From positions 1 through 61,791 of the forward strand of contig JAUCBJ010004045.1 of assembly GCA_032718475.1 (NCBI GenBank): a stretch of 61,791 nucleotides of DNA. The letters run 5' to 3'. Origin of the DNA: Nemertoderma westbladi. Its lineage: Eukaryota > Animalia > Xenacoelomorpha. The notes under the pieces were generated by a model. The model saw only the letters and a program-made list of their open reading frames with translations, made no database searches and was not told the DNA's origin. Made by a program: the position numbers and the translations under genes. Below are positions 1-12,589 of this stretch, piece by piece (position 1 is the stretch's first letter; every line of letters begins with the position of its first letter).

Positions 1-1559
1 ATGCCTAGAATTAAAGTCGCAAGTGGGTTATTGACTATTAGGTTTTGAAGGATTCGATGAGTCCCGTACAATGTTAGGTGTCACATCGAATGGTTCCAGT
101 TCTGTCGAAAAATGTAGTCAGGTTTGGGTGTCGTCAATCTATCAATGACCGTCTCTACAGAGGTGGTTTTCATCCCCACAGAGGCGGTATCGTTCCCTCC
201 AGAGGCAGTGTCGCTCCCTACAGGGGCGTTGGTTGGCTGCTGTTGGAACCTGGGCCCTGGGGCAGATGGGCCATGGGAGTACGGGCACCCGCGCCCTCTG
301 CACTCATGCCCAGCTTAGCCTACCAGGCCTTACTTTCGGCCACCCTAGTTTCGCTTCCTAATCGTTAACTCATCCATACCTGTATTGATTCTAATTGGCT
401 ACCAATTAAAGTTTACTCAAAAAACATGAGAAAAAGTTGCAAAACACATACTTTCTGCACCAAATAATTTACTCCCCTTTGCCCAAATGACATACAAGGG
501 GACCTGGCAATTCCCACCGCCACTGCAATCGATGACAGTGTGTGACTCCTGTGCAGCAATTTGATGGATGGTGTTAGCACCAGTGCGAGGAATTGTGGTA
601 GTGAGAAGAATAGAGACCAAATCATTATACTTAATACCATTTCAAATTATAATACCACTTATACTTCGAACCATATTATTGGCATTTATTATTAAGCCTC
701 TGTTAATCAAATTAACTTTCTTCTGTATTTTTATGCCTTTCATGTATAGTGCAGCCACAGGGCATTCACCGCCGCTTACTTAGTCATGTTTCCTTGCTGT
801 TTTAGAATAGCAGGAAGCGTAATATTTACCGCAGTCCTCACACGTGAATGGTGGTGTTTTTTTCTATTAGGTGATAAAGTCTTTGGCTGTCGTGGTATGA
901 CACATAAACCAAATTAAATAGGAAACAATATTAGATCAATATTGGTTTAAATTTATATTAAAAGTTTATATTACATGATTCACATATATATATAATATAT
1001 ATGATATATATGCTCTGGTATATGCTATATATACACTGTATGTACTATGCACCAAGGTGTACAAAATAACAGTGCTATATACAATACAGTCCCTATCTCA
1101 TTCTGAATATCATTTCTCAAAATGGGTATCAATTATCAAACCTTTTACTACCCTAGACTATGAACTTTGTACAATTCTTTACAATCCTTGGGCTGATGTT
1201 TGCCAAAAAATCCATGATCTTTGCAGGCTTTCGTAAGATCTTTACAAGATCTTATCAGACTGATTAAGGTCTCGAATGATCATTGCAGATTAATGTACTA
1301 CATCTACGAAAGTTTTACTATAGTAGGGGGTATCACTATTAGACATGTCGTTCTAATTAGAAAAGCCTATATTTGATGTATTTTGTATTGTTTCATAGCT
1401 CAAGATCTTGTAAGATTTCGTAAGATCTTTACAAGATCTTATCAGATTGATAAAGATCTCGAATGATCATTGTAGATTTATTAAAATAATGTATGTTTGA
1501 ACATTGATTGCTCTGTCTGTTTGTGTTCATACAGACAGACTGTCTGTTCCCATAGAACA

Positions 1560-2990
1560 TCGATCGCAAGAGTCGCAGCATAGTGGGGCCGTTTTCAATG
1601 AGTATTTGAAATCTAGAGCTCAGTTCAAACGAGCAATGCGAATAGCTATGTGAGATGAACAGAAACTGCGTGATGACGGGCTAGCGGAATCATTGTTAAA
1701 TAATAATTCTAATAAGTTTTGGTCTCAAGTAAATAAGAGAACAAAATGTTCTACCTCTCTCCCGAATAAGGTTGGGAAGGCCATTGGGGAGGAGGATATA
1801 GTAAGTTTGTGGAAGGACCATTTCTGCAATTTATTTCATTGTGGAAATCCCGATACAAATAAACCACACATCGATAATATTTTTAATTTCATTAATTTGG
1901 AACAGTTTAACTATATATCTAGTAATAAAATAAAAGAGGCAATGTCGAGCTTAAAAGTTGTTAAAGCTGTTGGTACAGATGTTGTATCTGCTGAACATGT
2001 AGTCAGTACGGTTGTACTGACTTATTATGTACATTTTTAAACGCAATTATTTAATTTATGTATTATTCACAGGTTCGTACCTGATAGTATTATTGAAGCT
2101 AAAATTATTCCATTAATTAAGGATAAATGGGCGATGTTACTAACAAGGACAATTATAGAAGTATTGCGATCAGTACTAGTATATCTAAGATATTGGAAAT
2201 AATTATTATCTGTTGTATTAAGATATATTAAATCACAAGTGATAACCAATTTGGTTTTAAGTGTAACTCTGGTACAGAGTTTTCTATTTATGCTTTTAAA
2301 GAAATTGTAAACTTTTATTTAGAGAACGACACACCAGTTTATTGCTGTATGCTTGATGAAAGCATAGCGTTTGACAGGGTAAACCATATTATATTATATT
2401 ATTCAATAAGTTAATTAAGATTGGTATTCCACCAATTATGGTGAGGTTGATAGCTTATTGGTATGGTCATCTGCAACTTTTTGTATCATGGGGTGCTTGT
2501 ATTTCTGTTAGTTTTTTCATTTAATATTTTCATTCAATTTTTCAGATCGTTTATACTCTATATTACGAGTAGCTTACAATAATGGTATTAGGATGCTTTT
2601 CAAAATTCCCAGAATGACAAACAATGAACCAACCAGTATCTCTATTACGTGTGTAGCAAATTGGGAATTCCAACTTTTATACATATTCGTGCAGTTGCAA
2701 TCAGCAGTCTTTTTAAGTGATTATGTGCATCATCCAATCCAATAATCGGTAACATTATCTCTAACTGTGCTATGGTTTCCCGTATCCTACCGATGGAAGA
2801 AAACCTATCTTTTTCTTTGTAAATAATACTTAATTGGAATATTACACATTGGGTATCACTATTTACAGTAGATTAATTAACTGGATTAAGCAACTGGTCA
2901 GAATATTTGTTTTGTGTTGTTTCGTTTCGTATGTAGTATTTCTATTTTTATGGACAGTGTTATGTCTAGATTAAAGATTAAATAATAAAT
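1560..2990 (+). mobile_element. Decayed, internally deleted non-LTR retrotransposon (LINE) RT fragment
   Basis: Frameshifted RT motifs: FWSQV..., KAVGTDVVSAEH, IIPLIKDK, NQFGFK, VYCCMLD...AFDRVNH, then a jump near 2520 to a C-terminal LRVAYNN-like segment; A/T-rich tail near 2975-2990. Clade not resolved. Confidence 0.75.
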
Positions 2991-4567
2991 AAGAAGAGAA
3001 ATGCCCTTCCAGCAGTTTATATACAATATATATGCACCTACTACCGGTACTACATAATCGGGCTGTTATATTGAAATTGCACATTGAGATGCCCTGCTGG
3101 CTCTACAGAAGTATTTGTGCCACCACCACTTTTCAATACCACGGCTTTTCAATAAAGTTGCACCCCCACAACTCCACTACATACCATATTGAATAAAATG
3201 TGTACTGTATATGGACTCCATATGGACGGACGGTGTTATGCAAAAGGGTGTTAAGCCACAAAAATTCAATTTGAGATAATCTATGTGAAAGTTTTTACAT
3301 CCTGTGTGATCATTGTTGTATTATCCAGATACTGTTGTGTTTTTATAAGAAAACATTTATGGAAATTAATGTATTTTTAAGTTAGTGTGCTAGAATATAG
3401 CATTTTCTCCGAAATATTGATCAAAATGTGGCTTAACACTTTTGGAAATCTTCATAATTCGCAAAACGTTAAATTGTCAAAAGGTGTCATACTTGCAAAA
3501 AGATGTCAAAAGATGTCAAGCCACACAATTATTATGTGGATAAAATCTTTTTTGCAATATTATTTGTGGTTTAACACTCATTTGACTAATAACAAATCCG
3601 GACTGTGGCTTAACTTTCTTGTATTTTTAAGGCATTTTTCTTCGTATTATTGAGCAATAGGATCTCATAAATTATTATAAAATATTTACATAAATTATTT
3701 AACATTGAGTAAAGCAGTTGAGTAAAAGGAGTTCATAATTTGATTTGCTCATTTGCAGAAACTATGGAAGAAATATAGTAAAACTACAGTTCAATTAATT
3801 TTGTAACACAATATCGCTCTATCTTTTATTTAAGAAAGGAGCAATAAAAAAGCGCCAATTTAAGAATAAAATTACGTATTACATGGGAAAACTTATTTTG
3901 AATATTATCACTACCCTTTAGTAATGGGTCGAAAGTCCCCCCTATCCCTTCACAAGGGAGGGTGGACATATGGACGGGCCCAACGCCAACATTCGTGATA
4001 GTTTGTCACATTGGAGGAGGAGGGGGAAGGGGGGCGGGGTGATAAAACGTAGCTGTTAATGTTAAACGTGAATGAATGAATATCATAAAGTAATATTGAG
4101 CATTACGCACAAAAAAACATAATAGATTAGATAGAGAATTGGGAATGATGTGAAGGCCCTTAGATGATTTCACGTGACTGCCATATTATGATGTAATGTA
4201 TATCCGCCATTGCCGTACTGCACTGTTATGTAAAAGGTGGACCTAATCACACCAGATACTAATTAAAAATAATGTCTTAATAACTAATTATATTCATTCA
4301 TACAATAAGCAATGTAGCCAATTATGGCTATGATTGACAAATTAACCGCACAATTAATTGACAAAACAAAAATCAAACTAGTACAGTACTAGTACTAGTA
4401 CTAATAGTACTAGTACATATAATTAACACATGAACGTACACTATATTAACTGTAGAGAGGGATACTGTTTCTCCTGCGAAAAGCAAAATATATCAGTATT
4501 TTAATTAATGTAACTTAAAGAAATTCAGCCTTATTCAAAGAAATTCTACATGGGCATTTTGGACCAC

Positions 4568-4717
4568 CTATACCACTGCTTGGCTCTTTGGAAGTATATT
4601 TCGGTAAAGCTCTATTGTATGGTTCTGTACCACTGCCACTACCACTACCACTGCCACTATACCACTGCTTGGCTCTTTGGAAGTGTATTTCGGTAAAGCT
4701 CTATTGTATGGTTCTGT
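4568..4717. repeat. ~60-bp direct duplication separated by (CCACTA/G)n
   Basis: ctataccactgcttggctctttggaagt.tatttcggtaaagctctattgtatggttctgt occurs at ~4568 and ~4657. Confidence 0.85.
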
Positions 4718-5339
4718 TTAGACCAACCCAAAACGACATTAGTATGTGAACACAGAATTCCATTCCCCATTCATTTCTATGGTAGCCAACTTGTCTTTCT
4801 TGTATTGGTGGTAGACCACTGGTTAGCTTTCTGCTATTGTGTTATACAAAGATAGTGGCAGGAATAAAGAGAAATACCGACCTCACTAATGGGCTGTTCC
4901 CTCATGTCGGCTTAAGTTACAGTCACAGTGTGAATGTTCAAGGGCACCGCCAGTGGCCAGTCCACTCTGTCGTTATTGTGGCTTTATGAATGGAGTTCCT
5001 TTAGTAGTTTCAAACGCTTTCACTCTATGTCTGCTCGCAAAAAGATGGAAGTTGAGTTGAGTTGGAGTTGAGTGTGGGTGGAGTGATTGACAGGTTGTTG
5101 GAAGTTGTCTCATTCTGTTTGAAACTGTTTGAAATTGTTGGACTGTTGGAGTTAATCTGAAAATGTTTGAAGCTGTTGGATCCGATCGGTTCAGATCGGA
5201 TCCGATGGCACTCTGTTGGTGAGCGGGATGTACATACAGACAGACAAACAGACAATCTAAATCACATTTAATGTACACATGGACATCAGAAATGAAATCA
5301 CTGACTAGGAAAACCCACACAGCAAAAATTATAATTAGG

Positions 5340-7520
5340 TACTATCCTTCCTCATTTTTTTGATGGAAAGAAACCAACAGACAGACACACTGAAAAACTA
5401 CGAATTCCCGGGACATCCCTATATATATTGCTTGATGAAACGAACCGCTAATATGGTTTGTAAAATCCGTTAAAGTATGACTTGCTAAATTACATATGCT
5501 GAAACAAGGCAACGATTTCCCTCGGAGCAGCATTTCGATTCGTTTTACCAGTTGGATCCTTCTCGATGATTGTCTTCTCTTTTATCTGCACGCTACTGAG
5601 CAGCTTGGTCCAGAGCTTCAATCCGAAGCTGTTTATAACAGATTGAGGAGGAAGTTTAGACATTTTACCACTAGATGACAGATTGAGAGCCTTTGCCTCC
5701 TTTGAATATTCTGGTGAATTAAATATGCTACTATTCAAAATTATTTTAATGAAGATATGATTTTCCTTATTAGCGCGAAGTATTATTAGATCTGAGTTCC
5801 TAGATGCGGTTAAATGTTTAATAATAGCCGAAATTGGGTATTTTTTCTGATACATTCATTAGTTTTATAAAAGATCCTAGATGGCTTTCAAAACGAAATA
5901 TGTTCCCAATACTAATCGAATTTTTTAATCAACAAAGTGATGACGAAATAAATGAAAATTCATTACACAAATTTCGGGAACTACTAAGGACATTAGTTGA
6001 CTCCTTAGATCTTTCAAAAAGATTGAGGCTAGATCATGAGACACAATTGAAACATAGGCTGAACTTAGAATCAGTAGATACACGCTAAACATAGTAATAC
6101 AAAGCTGATACTTTCTTGGTAGGTAGTACACTAATAATGGTACTAAATAATAAATACCAACATTTCTAAATTCATGATCTTTATAATGATTAAAATCCGA
6201 AATCACCCAACATCTGTTAAAGTCATGTGGTACTTTCTGTTTCAAAACAAACTGATAAATGTTCTTAAAATAACAATAGGTCCAATCGCTGGAGGTTGTC
6301 CATCCATACCATGTGTAAGAACATTTAATAACCTTTTCAAGCAGCCCTTAAAAATACAGTGCATTGAGTATAAAACTATACAATCAGGAAGATGTGTTGA
6401 CATGATATTTCTAAATGCAGAAGGTCCCTTTATTCCAAAAAGTTTAACTTTTGAATCACCTGCTAAATCAGCAATATCCCCATAATGTTTTGATGTCTTT
6501 ACGATCGTGTCCGACGTCAAATGGAAACAAAACACGTTTTTGATAAATTTCTCCTTCGATCTATCAGAATGGATAACCATACTAGCCATTAAATTGAGTA
6601 ATGTTAAGAGCTGGGGCCAAAGCGATCAAAGATCACGAAGCTAAATCGAACCAGGTACTGCCTCCTTGAAACAGTTATATGTCTAGAATCTGAAAATTCA
6701 ATTAATAGCTTCTTGATTAATAAGTTCCATGACAGTTTACTATGCCAAACGCCCAAACTTGCAACAATACTGTTGGCTTGCTCTCTCGAACCCGTGGGGG
6801 TAAATTCAAGATTTGCATCCAAACTGACAATTTACCTTTTTTGTAGTCACACCACCATCGCTTGATAATAGGAAATGTAAAATGGGTTGCTCAAGATTTG
6901 GTGCTTTAGTTAAGAAGTCAGATACAGTGCCACTCTGTAACTCAGCCTTGTAGTCTTCCATTACTACTGCATAACGTTTCACAATTGCACAAATTTGTGG
7001 CTTTACTGAAAAATAATAGTAAGTGTAATTGTTTACAGTCTCAAAGCTACAGCCACATTATCTCCAAAGTGATCATGGCCACACACTTTGGCATAGGCAG
7101 ATTTAGCCGTTTTAGGAAAAGTCCTAACTTCATACAAACATGAAAACATTGCTAAAAATGAGCTTAATACTGCATCTGTAAATCTGTGCTTAATTTGTAG
7201 CTAAATAGCACAGCCAGAACTATCTTAACTGGAGGGAGATCACTATCTTGCATTAAAGACGAAATCAGAAAATACAGAGTCTACATCAACAGTAGCTGTT
7301 TCAGTAAAATCGGTCTCTGTACAGCTACTGTCAGTCAGCCGATCTTGGTCAGAATAGTGACCTATAACTGCAGAGCCATCAACTAGAGGTCCACTGGTTA
7401 AGGGTTATATCATCAGAATAATAAACCAGAAATGGATCATTCTGAATAATGGAAAGTTTGGGTCTTTTTCGTACTGGTACTGACAAAATTCGATCTACTT
7501 CATCTTCGCAGTCAGACATC
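5340..7520 (-). pseudogene. Decayed EnSpm/CACTA-like transposase
   Basis: Minus-strand fragments GIKGPSAF...SMHCIFKGCLKRLL and KDHEFRNVGIYYLVPLL...LPRKY resemble the D.MH...G..K.L and WKA.E.R...LYY..P.L motifs of animal EnSpm-type transposases; many stops and frameshifts; termini not identified. Confidence 0.6.
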
Positions 7521-7851
7521 ATTATTAAAATATATACTTAATATCCTATTAATATGTATGAAAAATTAACCGAAAAATATTAATCGAAAAATTAACCCAT
7601 AGTACTGATAGAATAAAAACTTTCACAGTTAGATAAACGGTTTAGCATTTGGAAATTAGCTGAAATATTACGGATTTTTATTAGACATGTTAAATTACTG
7701 CTGTAAGTCATAATTCACATAGTTCATAATAGAAGTCTAATAACCTATACTAAAACCTAATTACCTCCTAGACTTATTTTCAAATTTCAAAAAGTAGTTT
7801 TTCTCCAGCCCTAGGCCTATCTGCTCTACTGTGTCACTTAGGCCTAGGCAT

Positions 7852-10081
7852 TAGGGTGGAGTGAAAAAAAATTTTTTCTTTATTTTTAAGGGAAGCACTA
7901 TTTTTCTGATGCCAAATCGGTCTAAACTAACTTTGCAAAAAAAAATTTTTGATTTCGAAAAATTCTAAGCGGGCCTCACGGCACTTGAAAATTTCAAATT
8001 TTTGAGAACGCAATGCCAGTTTTGAAAATCCCAGATATTTTGTATTTTTGATAAAAGTTAAGGAAGATGCAAATATTTAATGTCAAATAGGTTGGAAACA
8101 AACACAAAATGTGAAATTGTGATTTTCATATAAATCTACCCCAGCCTCATGGCCTTTAAAATTTTGCAAAATTTGCCAAATTTCACCCTTAAAATACAGC
8201 AAACCTACTTCGTAGTCTCTATAGTTGAAATCGATTTACTGTGGTTTGGAGTTCTTCCTGAGTGAAAACCAAGTCCCCTAATTTGATTACAACTATATTT
8301 CAATACTAGAAGCCCAGCTAGCTGGCTGTGAATTTACATTTGGATCAAATTCCCAATAAGTATATTATAAACAACAGTAGGTATAGGAAGAAGGATAATT
8401 CTAAATTAGAAAAACACTAGTAAAACAGTGAAACACCAGAAAAACATAAGAAAAACACTGTAAAGCACCCGGAAAAAGTAAAAATATTGATCAACAGGAA
8501 ATTTAATACATGTATTACACTGAATTTGTACTCTTAAATGTACTTCTCGCATAGCACACCATTAAGTAATCAGAAAGTAAAGTAAATAGAAACAGAATTA
8601 AGTAAACAGAAACCATTGTTGCCCGGCAACCAAGGAACAGTAACCAATCAGCATGCATTTCAACAGTTAAACTGGTCAGCCGGTAGAGGCACATTAATGG
8701 TGTATTCTGGTATTAGTGTATTCCAGTATTCCAGTATTCAAGTATTGTTAGTGTTGGATCTTGTTGAAATGTTGAACAGTTAAAGTGCAGATGTTGCGGC
8801 GGTATTTAGTATGAAGACAGCAAGAGGGCCATAGTTGGTCCTACCTACAGTGATACTGTAGTGAAGTGGCATACCAGTATGGCTAGAAGCGCGGATGCAA
8901 GATCTAGAACACATCACACATGATTTTCTAGTCAGTTCGGTTTTCTGGTATGAATGGTATCCTTAATAATAAATACCACAACTTCTGCACTTCAACTGCC
9001 AACATTTAGCAGATGAATTGATCTAACACACTAACAATACTGGAAAACACATGTAATACCAGAATACAGCAACACTGGTACTACTGGCTGGCTGACCAGT
9101 AAAACAAGGATAGTGCTGAACTGCATGCTGATTGATTTCTTTTTCACCTACTGTAGTATTATTAGCAGTATATCAAGCAAACAGTTGAGGCGACCCGAAG
9201 GCTTCGATAGATGCTACCGAGGGTAGGGGTGGGCGCTACTATTATCCCAAGATTTGCTCCCAGTTATTTAACTGGTATTCAATTTCTCGACCCCAGTGGA
9301 TGAAAGGCGGCTGAGTGGACCCTGGTGGGACTGAACCTACAACCAATCGATTGCAGGCCTGGCGCTCAGCCAATTGAGCTACCCCGCTTTCTAGCGAAAT
9401 ATAGGTAAAATTTCACTGTTATCCAGAGGGTTTATAGAGTTTTCCCTATGTTTTACGGAGATTACTTAACGTGTGCTATTGGAGGAGTACATTTAAGATT
9501 ACCAATTCAGTGTAATCGATGTATTAAATTTCCTGTTGATTAATAATTTTAATGTTTCCGGGTGTTTTACAGTGTTTTTCTAGTGTTTTTCTAGTGTTTT
9601 CCTAATTTAGAAATATCCTTCTTCTTAGACCTAGGCATAGTTGTGATCAAATCAGTGGACTTGGTTTTCACTCAGGAAGAACTCCAAACCCCAGTAATTC
9701 GATTTCAACTATAGAGACTACGAAGTAGGTTTGCTGTATTTTAAGGGTGAAATTTGGCAAATTTTGCAAAATTTTAAAGGCCATGAGGCTGGGGTAGATT
9801 TATATGAAAATCACAATTTCACATTTTGTGTTTGTTTCCAACCTATTTGACATTAAATATTTGCATCTTCCTCAACTTTTATCAAAAATACAAAATATCT
9901 AAGAATTTCAAAACTGGCATTGCCTTCCCAATAATTTGAAATTTTCAAGTGTCGTGAGGCCCGCTTAGAATTTTTCAAAATCAAAAATTTTTTTTTGCAA
10001 TGTTAGTTTAGACCGATTTGGCATCAGAAAAATAGTGCTTCCCTTAAAAGTAAAGAAAAAAAATTTTTTCACTCCACCCTA
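7852..10081. mobile_element. hAT-type non-autonomous foldback element with very long TIRs
   Basis: Ends TAGGGTGGAGTG...CACTCCACCCTA; 8-bp TSD CTAGGCAT at 7844-7851 and 10082-10089; ~430-bp near-identical inverted arms plus more diverged inner inverted segments. Confidence 0.9.
9176..9388 (-). mobile_element. tRNA-derived SINE, family A copy 1 (nested in the hAT element)
   Basis: Minus strand starts GCGGGGTAGCTCAATTGG (A box)...GGTTCAGTCC (B box-like); homologous to 54079-54327. Confidence 0.85.
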
Positions 10082-10213
10082 CTAGGCATACCAGTCTGCT
10101 GGTACTATAAACTGTATTTTAGGACCTCTCAGCCAATTACCACTGTAAGTCATAATTCACATAGTTTATAATACAAGTCTAATAACCTATACTAAAACCT
10201 AATTACCTAACTA

Positions 10214-11771
10214 AGGCCTGGTTGCACACATTGACTTAAGTTAAGTAGAAAACTTAAATTAAGTTTAAGTACGAGAAAAATTGGTATTGCGTTGCACAAC
10301 AATTTTCTTAACTTAAGTAGATACTTAAAATTTAGAGATAAGTGTCTATTTTTAAGTCTGCCAAAAACGAATCTTAGTGAATTTATTATTAGCTATTTAT
10401 TACAATTATTTATTATTAGCGGAAATGTCAGTGTTACCAATATTATGTTTACCAAGCCGTCGCCCTCAGAATAGGAAATCGTACCCAACGCGGCCAAACA
10501 TTTACGAACTGTACAATGAAACAGAATTTTATTTTCTGTACAATGTTTGGACAATTTTCGGTATATCTGCGATGTGATTCGTCCTGATCTCGAAAGAATC
10601 CAAGCTGGGAATAAAGGCCTGACTGTTGAGTTGAAGCTGGCAGTGGCCCTAAGATTTTACGCAACTGTGAACTGGGAGCTTCCTGAATCTAGCTGGAGAC
10701 AGTTTGACAATTCATAAGTCATCCACTAGTCGAGCCGTTCGGGATGTTTCAATCGCCCTCACCCGAAATTTAGACCAGTTTGTGAAATTCCCTTCTACAC
10801 CCATCGAAATTCAAAAGGTTCAAGCGGAATTCTTTGAAATTGCTGGTTTCCCCGGAGTTACTGGTGCCATCGACGCAATGCATGTGAAGATTCCAGCTCC
10901 TTACGGCAATCAAGCACCATACTACATTAACAGAAAAGGGTACAGTAGCATTAACGTTCAAGCAATTTGTGATGCAAAGTGTCAATTTTTGAACATGGTC
11001 GCTGACTGTCCAGGAAGTGCCCATGACGCCCGTATTTGGTCCAATAGCTCACTTGGAATGGAGTACGATCAGGGAAAACGAAAGGAACTCATTTTAGGCG
11101 ATAGTGGCTATCCGTATACACCTCTTCTTTTAACTCTGCTTCTCAACCCACAGACTAAAGCCGAAATTAAATACAATTCCTCATATAATCATTGTTATTG
11201 TTGTAATGTTGCTATGCATCGTTAAGCAATTCCTTGCACTGTTAGCCTGGCTCTTTCCAGCGCTGCAACACTACTGCGGTTATTCTGAGTAATTCAGTTA
11301 GCTAGTTTTTGTTAGCTAGTAAAATTTTTTTTTAATTATATTGTCTTGTAATTTTATTTGGAATACAACACTTTACTTGGAAAGTCAAAATATTCTAGAA
11401 TAAGTAAAAATATGTAACGTAAATATTATTATATAGAATTAATTTTTAAATAGCTAGGTAGTATTTTGAAAAATAGTAGCTACCATAAAAAATTATATTG
11501 GATGAATGTAGTCTATATTCTAGAACAAAATATTTAAAAATCAAAGACACTTTATAGCCAGTGGAAAGCAATTGCATGGGGGTGTCGACATGGTGAACTA
11601 GTACCGTTCTGAATTCTTAACTTAAGTAGGCCTACCTACTTAGTTAAGAAAACTTAACTTTCGAATGAGCAAAGCAATTTTACTTAAGTCTAAGTGCCTA
11701 CTTAACTAAGTTGCAACTTAAGTAAAAAATAGACACTTAACTTAAGTCAACGTGTGCAGTGCAACCAGGCC
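10214..11771 (+). mobile_element. PIF/Harbinger DNA transposon (defective)
   Basis: TIRs GGCCTGGTTGCACAC.TTGACTTAAGTTAAG and its inverse at 11736-11771; inserted at a CTA/TA site; contains a HARBI1-like transposase. Confidence 0.9.
10425..11225 (+). pseudogene. Harbinger (HARBI1-like, DDE_Tnp_4) transposase, frameshifted and 3'-truncated
   Basis: ORF 10704-11225 has GFPGVTGAIDAMHV, YINRKGYSSINVQAICD, PGSAHDARIW and LGDSGYP; the broken upstream part has a LAVALRFYAT-like motif. Confidence 0.9.
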
Positions 11772-12589
11772 CTAGACCTAATATCAAATTTCAAAAAGCA
11801 GGTTTTCGCCAGCCCTATGCCTATCTGCTCTACTGTGTCACTTAGGCCTAGGCATAACCGGTCAGCTGGCACTATAAACTGTATTTTAGGACCTCTCAGC
11901 CAATCTCTATCTGCCCGGCATCTGGATCTCCTTATTCTGTTATTATCGATTATGGATGGTGAATGCGAATGTGCTGGAATTACCAGTTCCGAGTTACCCC
12001 GCCGAAAGCTGATGTACACTTACTTGTACACTCTTTGACATATTGAATGCCAATATAAATAAAATCTCGAAATTAGGGGATATGTTTCCCTTGCCTATTG
12101 CATTTGTTACCAACATTAAACCACAACCTGGTGATGATGATTAGTTAAGGTAAGTATAGATCTGAGTGGCCAATGACAGTATGATCTCATTTGATATTTT
12201 TAATGTTGCATTAAGAAACCATATACAGTAAATACCGGTATGTAGATACCTACAGACCTATGTAAAGCAGTTATGGAGTACTACTACTGAGAATGGGGGT
12301 GGATAGACACTGGGAATGGGGGTGGCCATGTGTGCACTAGTTGACTTGAATTTCAATAGAAAATGACAAATATCTCCTTCTCAACTACCCTGCAATATGA
12401 TTGGCAGCTGTCACAGACCTCTATTATACTCCCAGCTGTTTAGTGGACAGAGTTTCAAACTATTGCCTATATAGAGTATAAACATGAGAGTAAAAACCAA
12501 AGGTAAAAAGTAAATAACGTAAGTTAAAGTAAAATAAAGTTACCAAAGTAAAAACTTTCGTTTGTACATCTCTGTATACTTTACATTTT

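Noticed and set aside
78-368. Protein-coding ORFs at the window start
   Set aside because: GC-rich fragment with short internal repeats and no recognisable motif; probably repeat debris, but it cannot be assigned.
3910-3930. CACTA terminus for the EnSpm-like relic
   Set aside because: No matching inverted end or TSD could be found on the other side.
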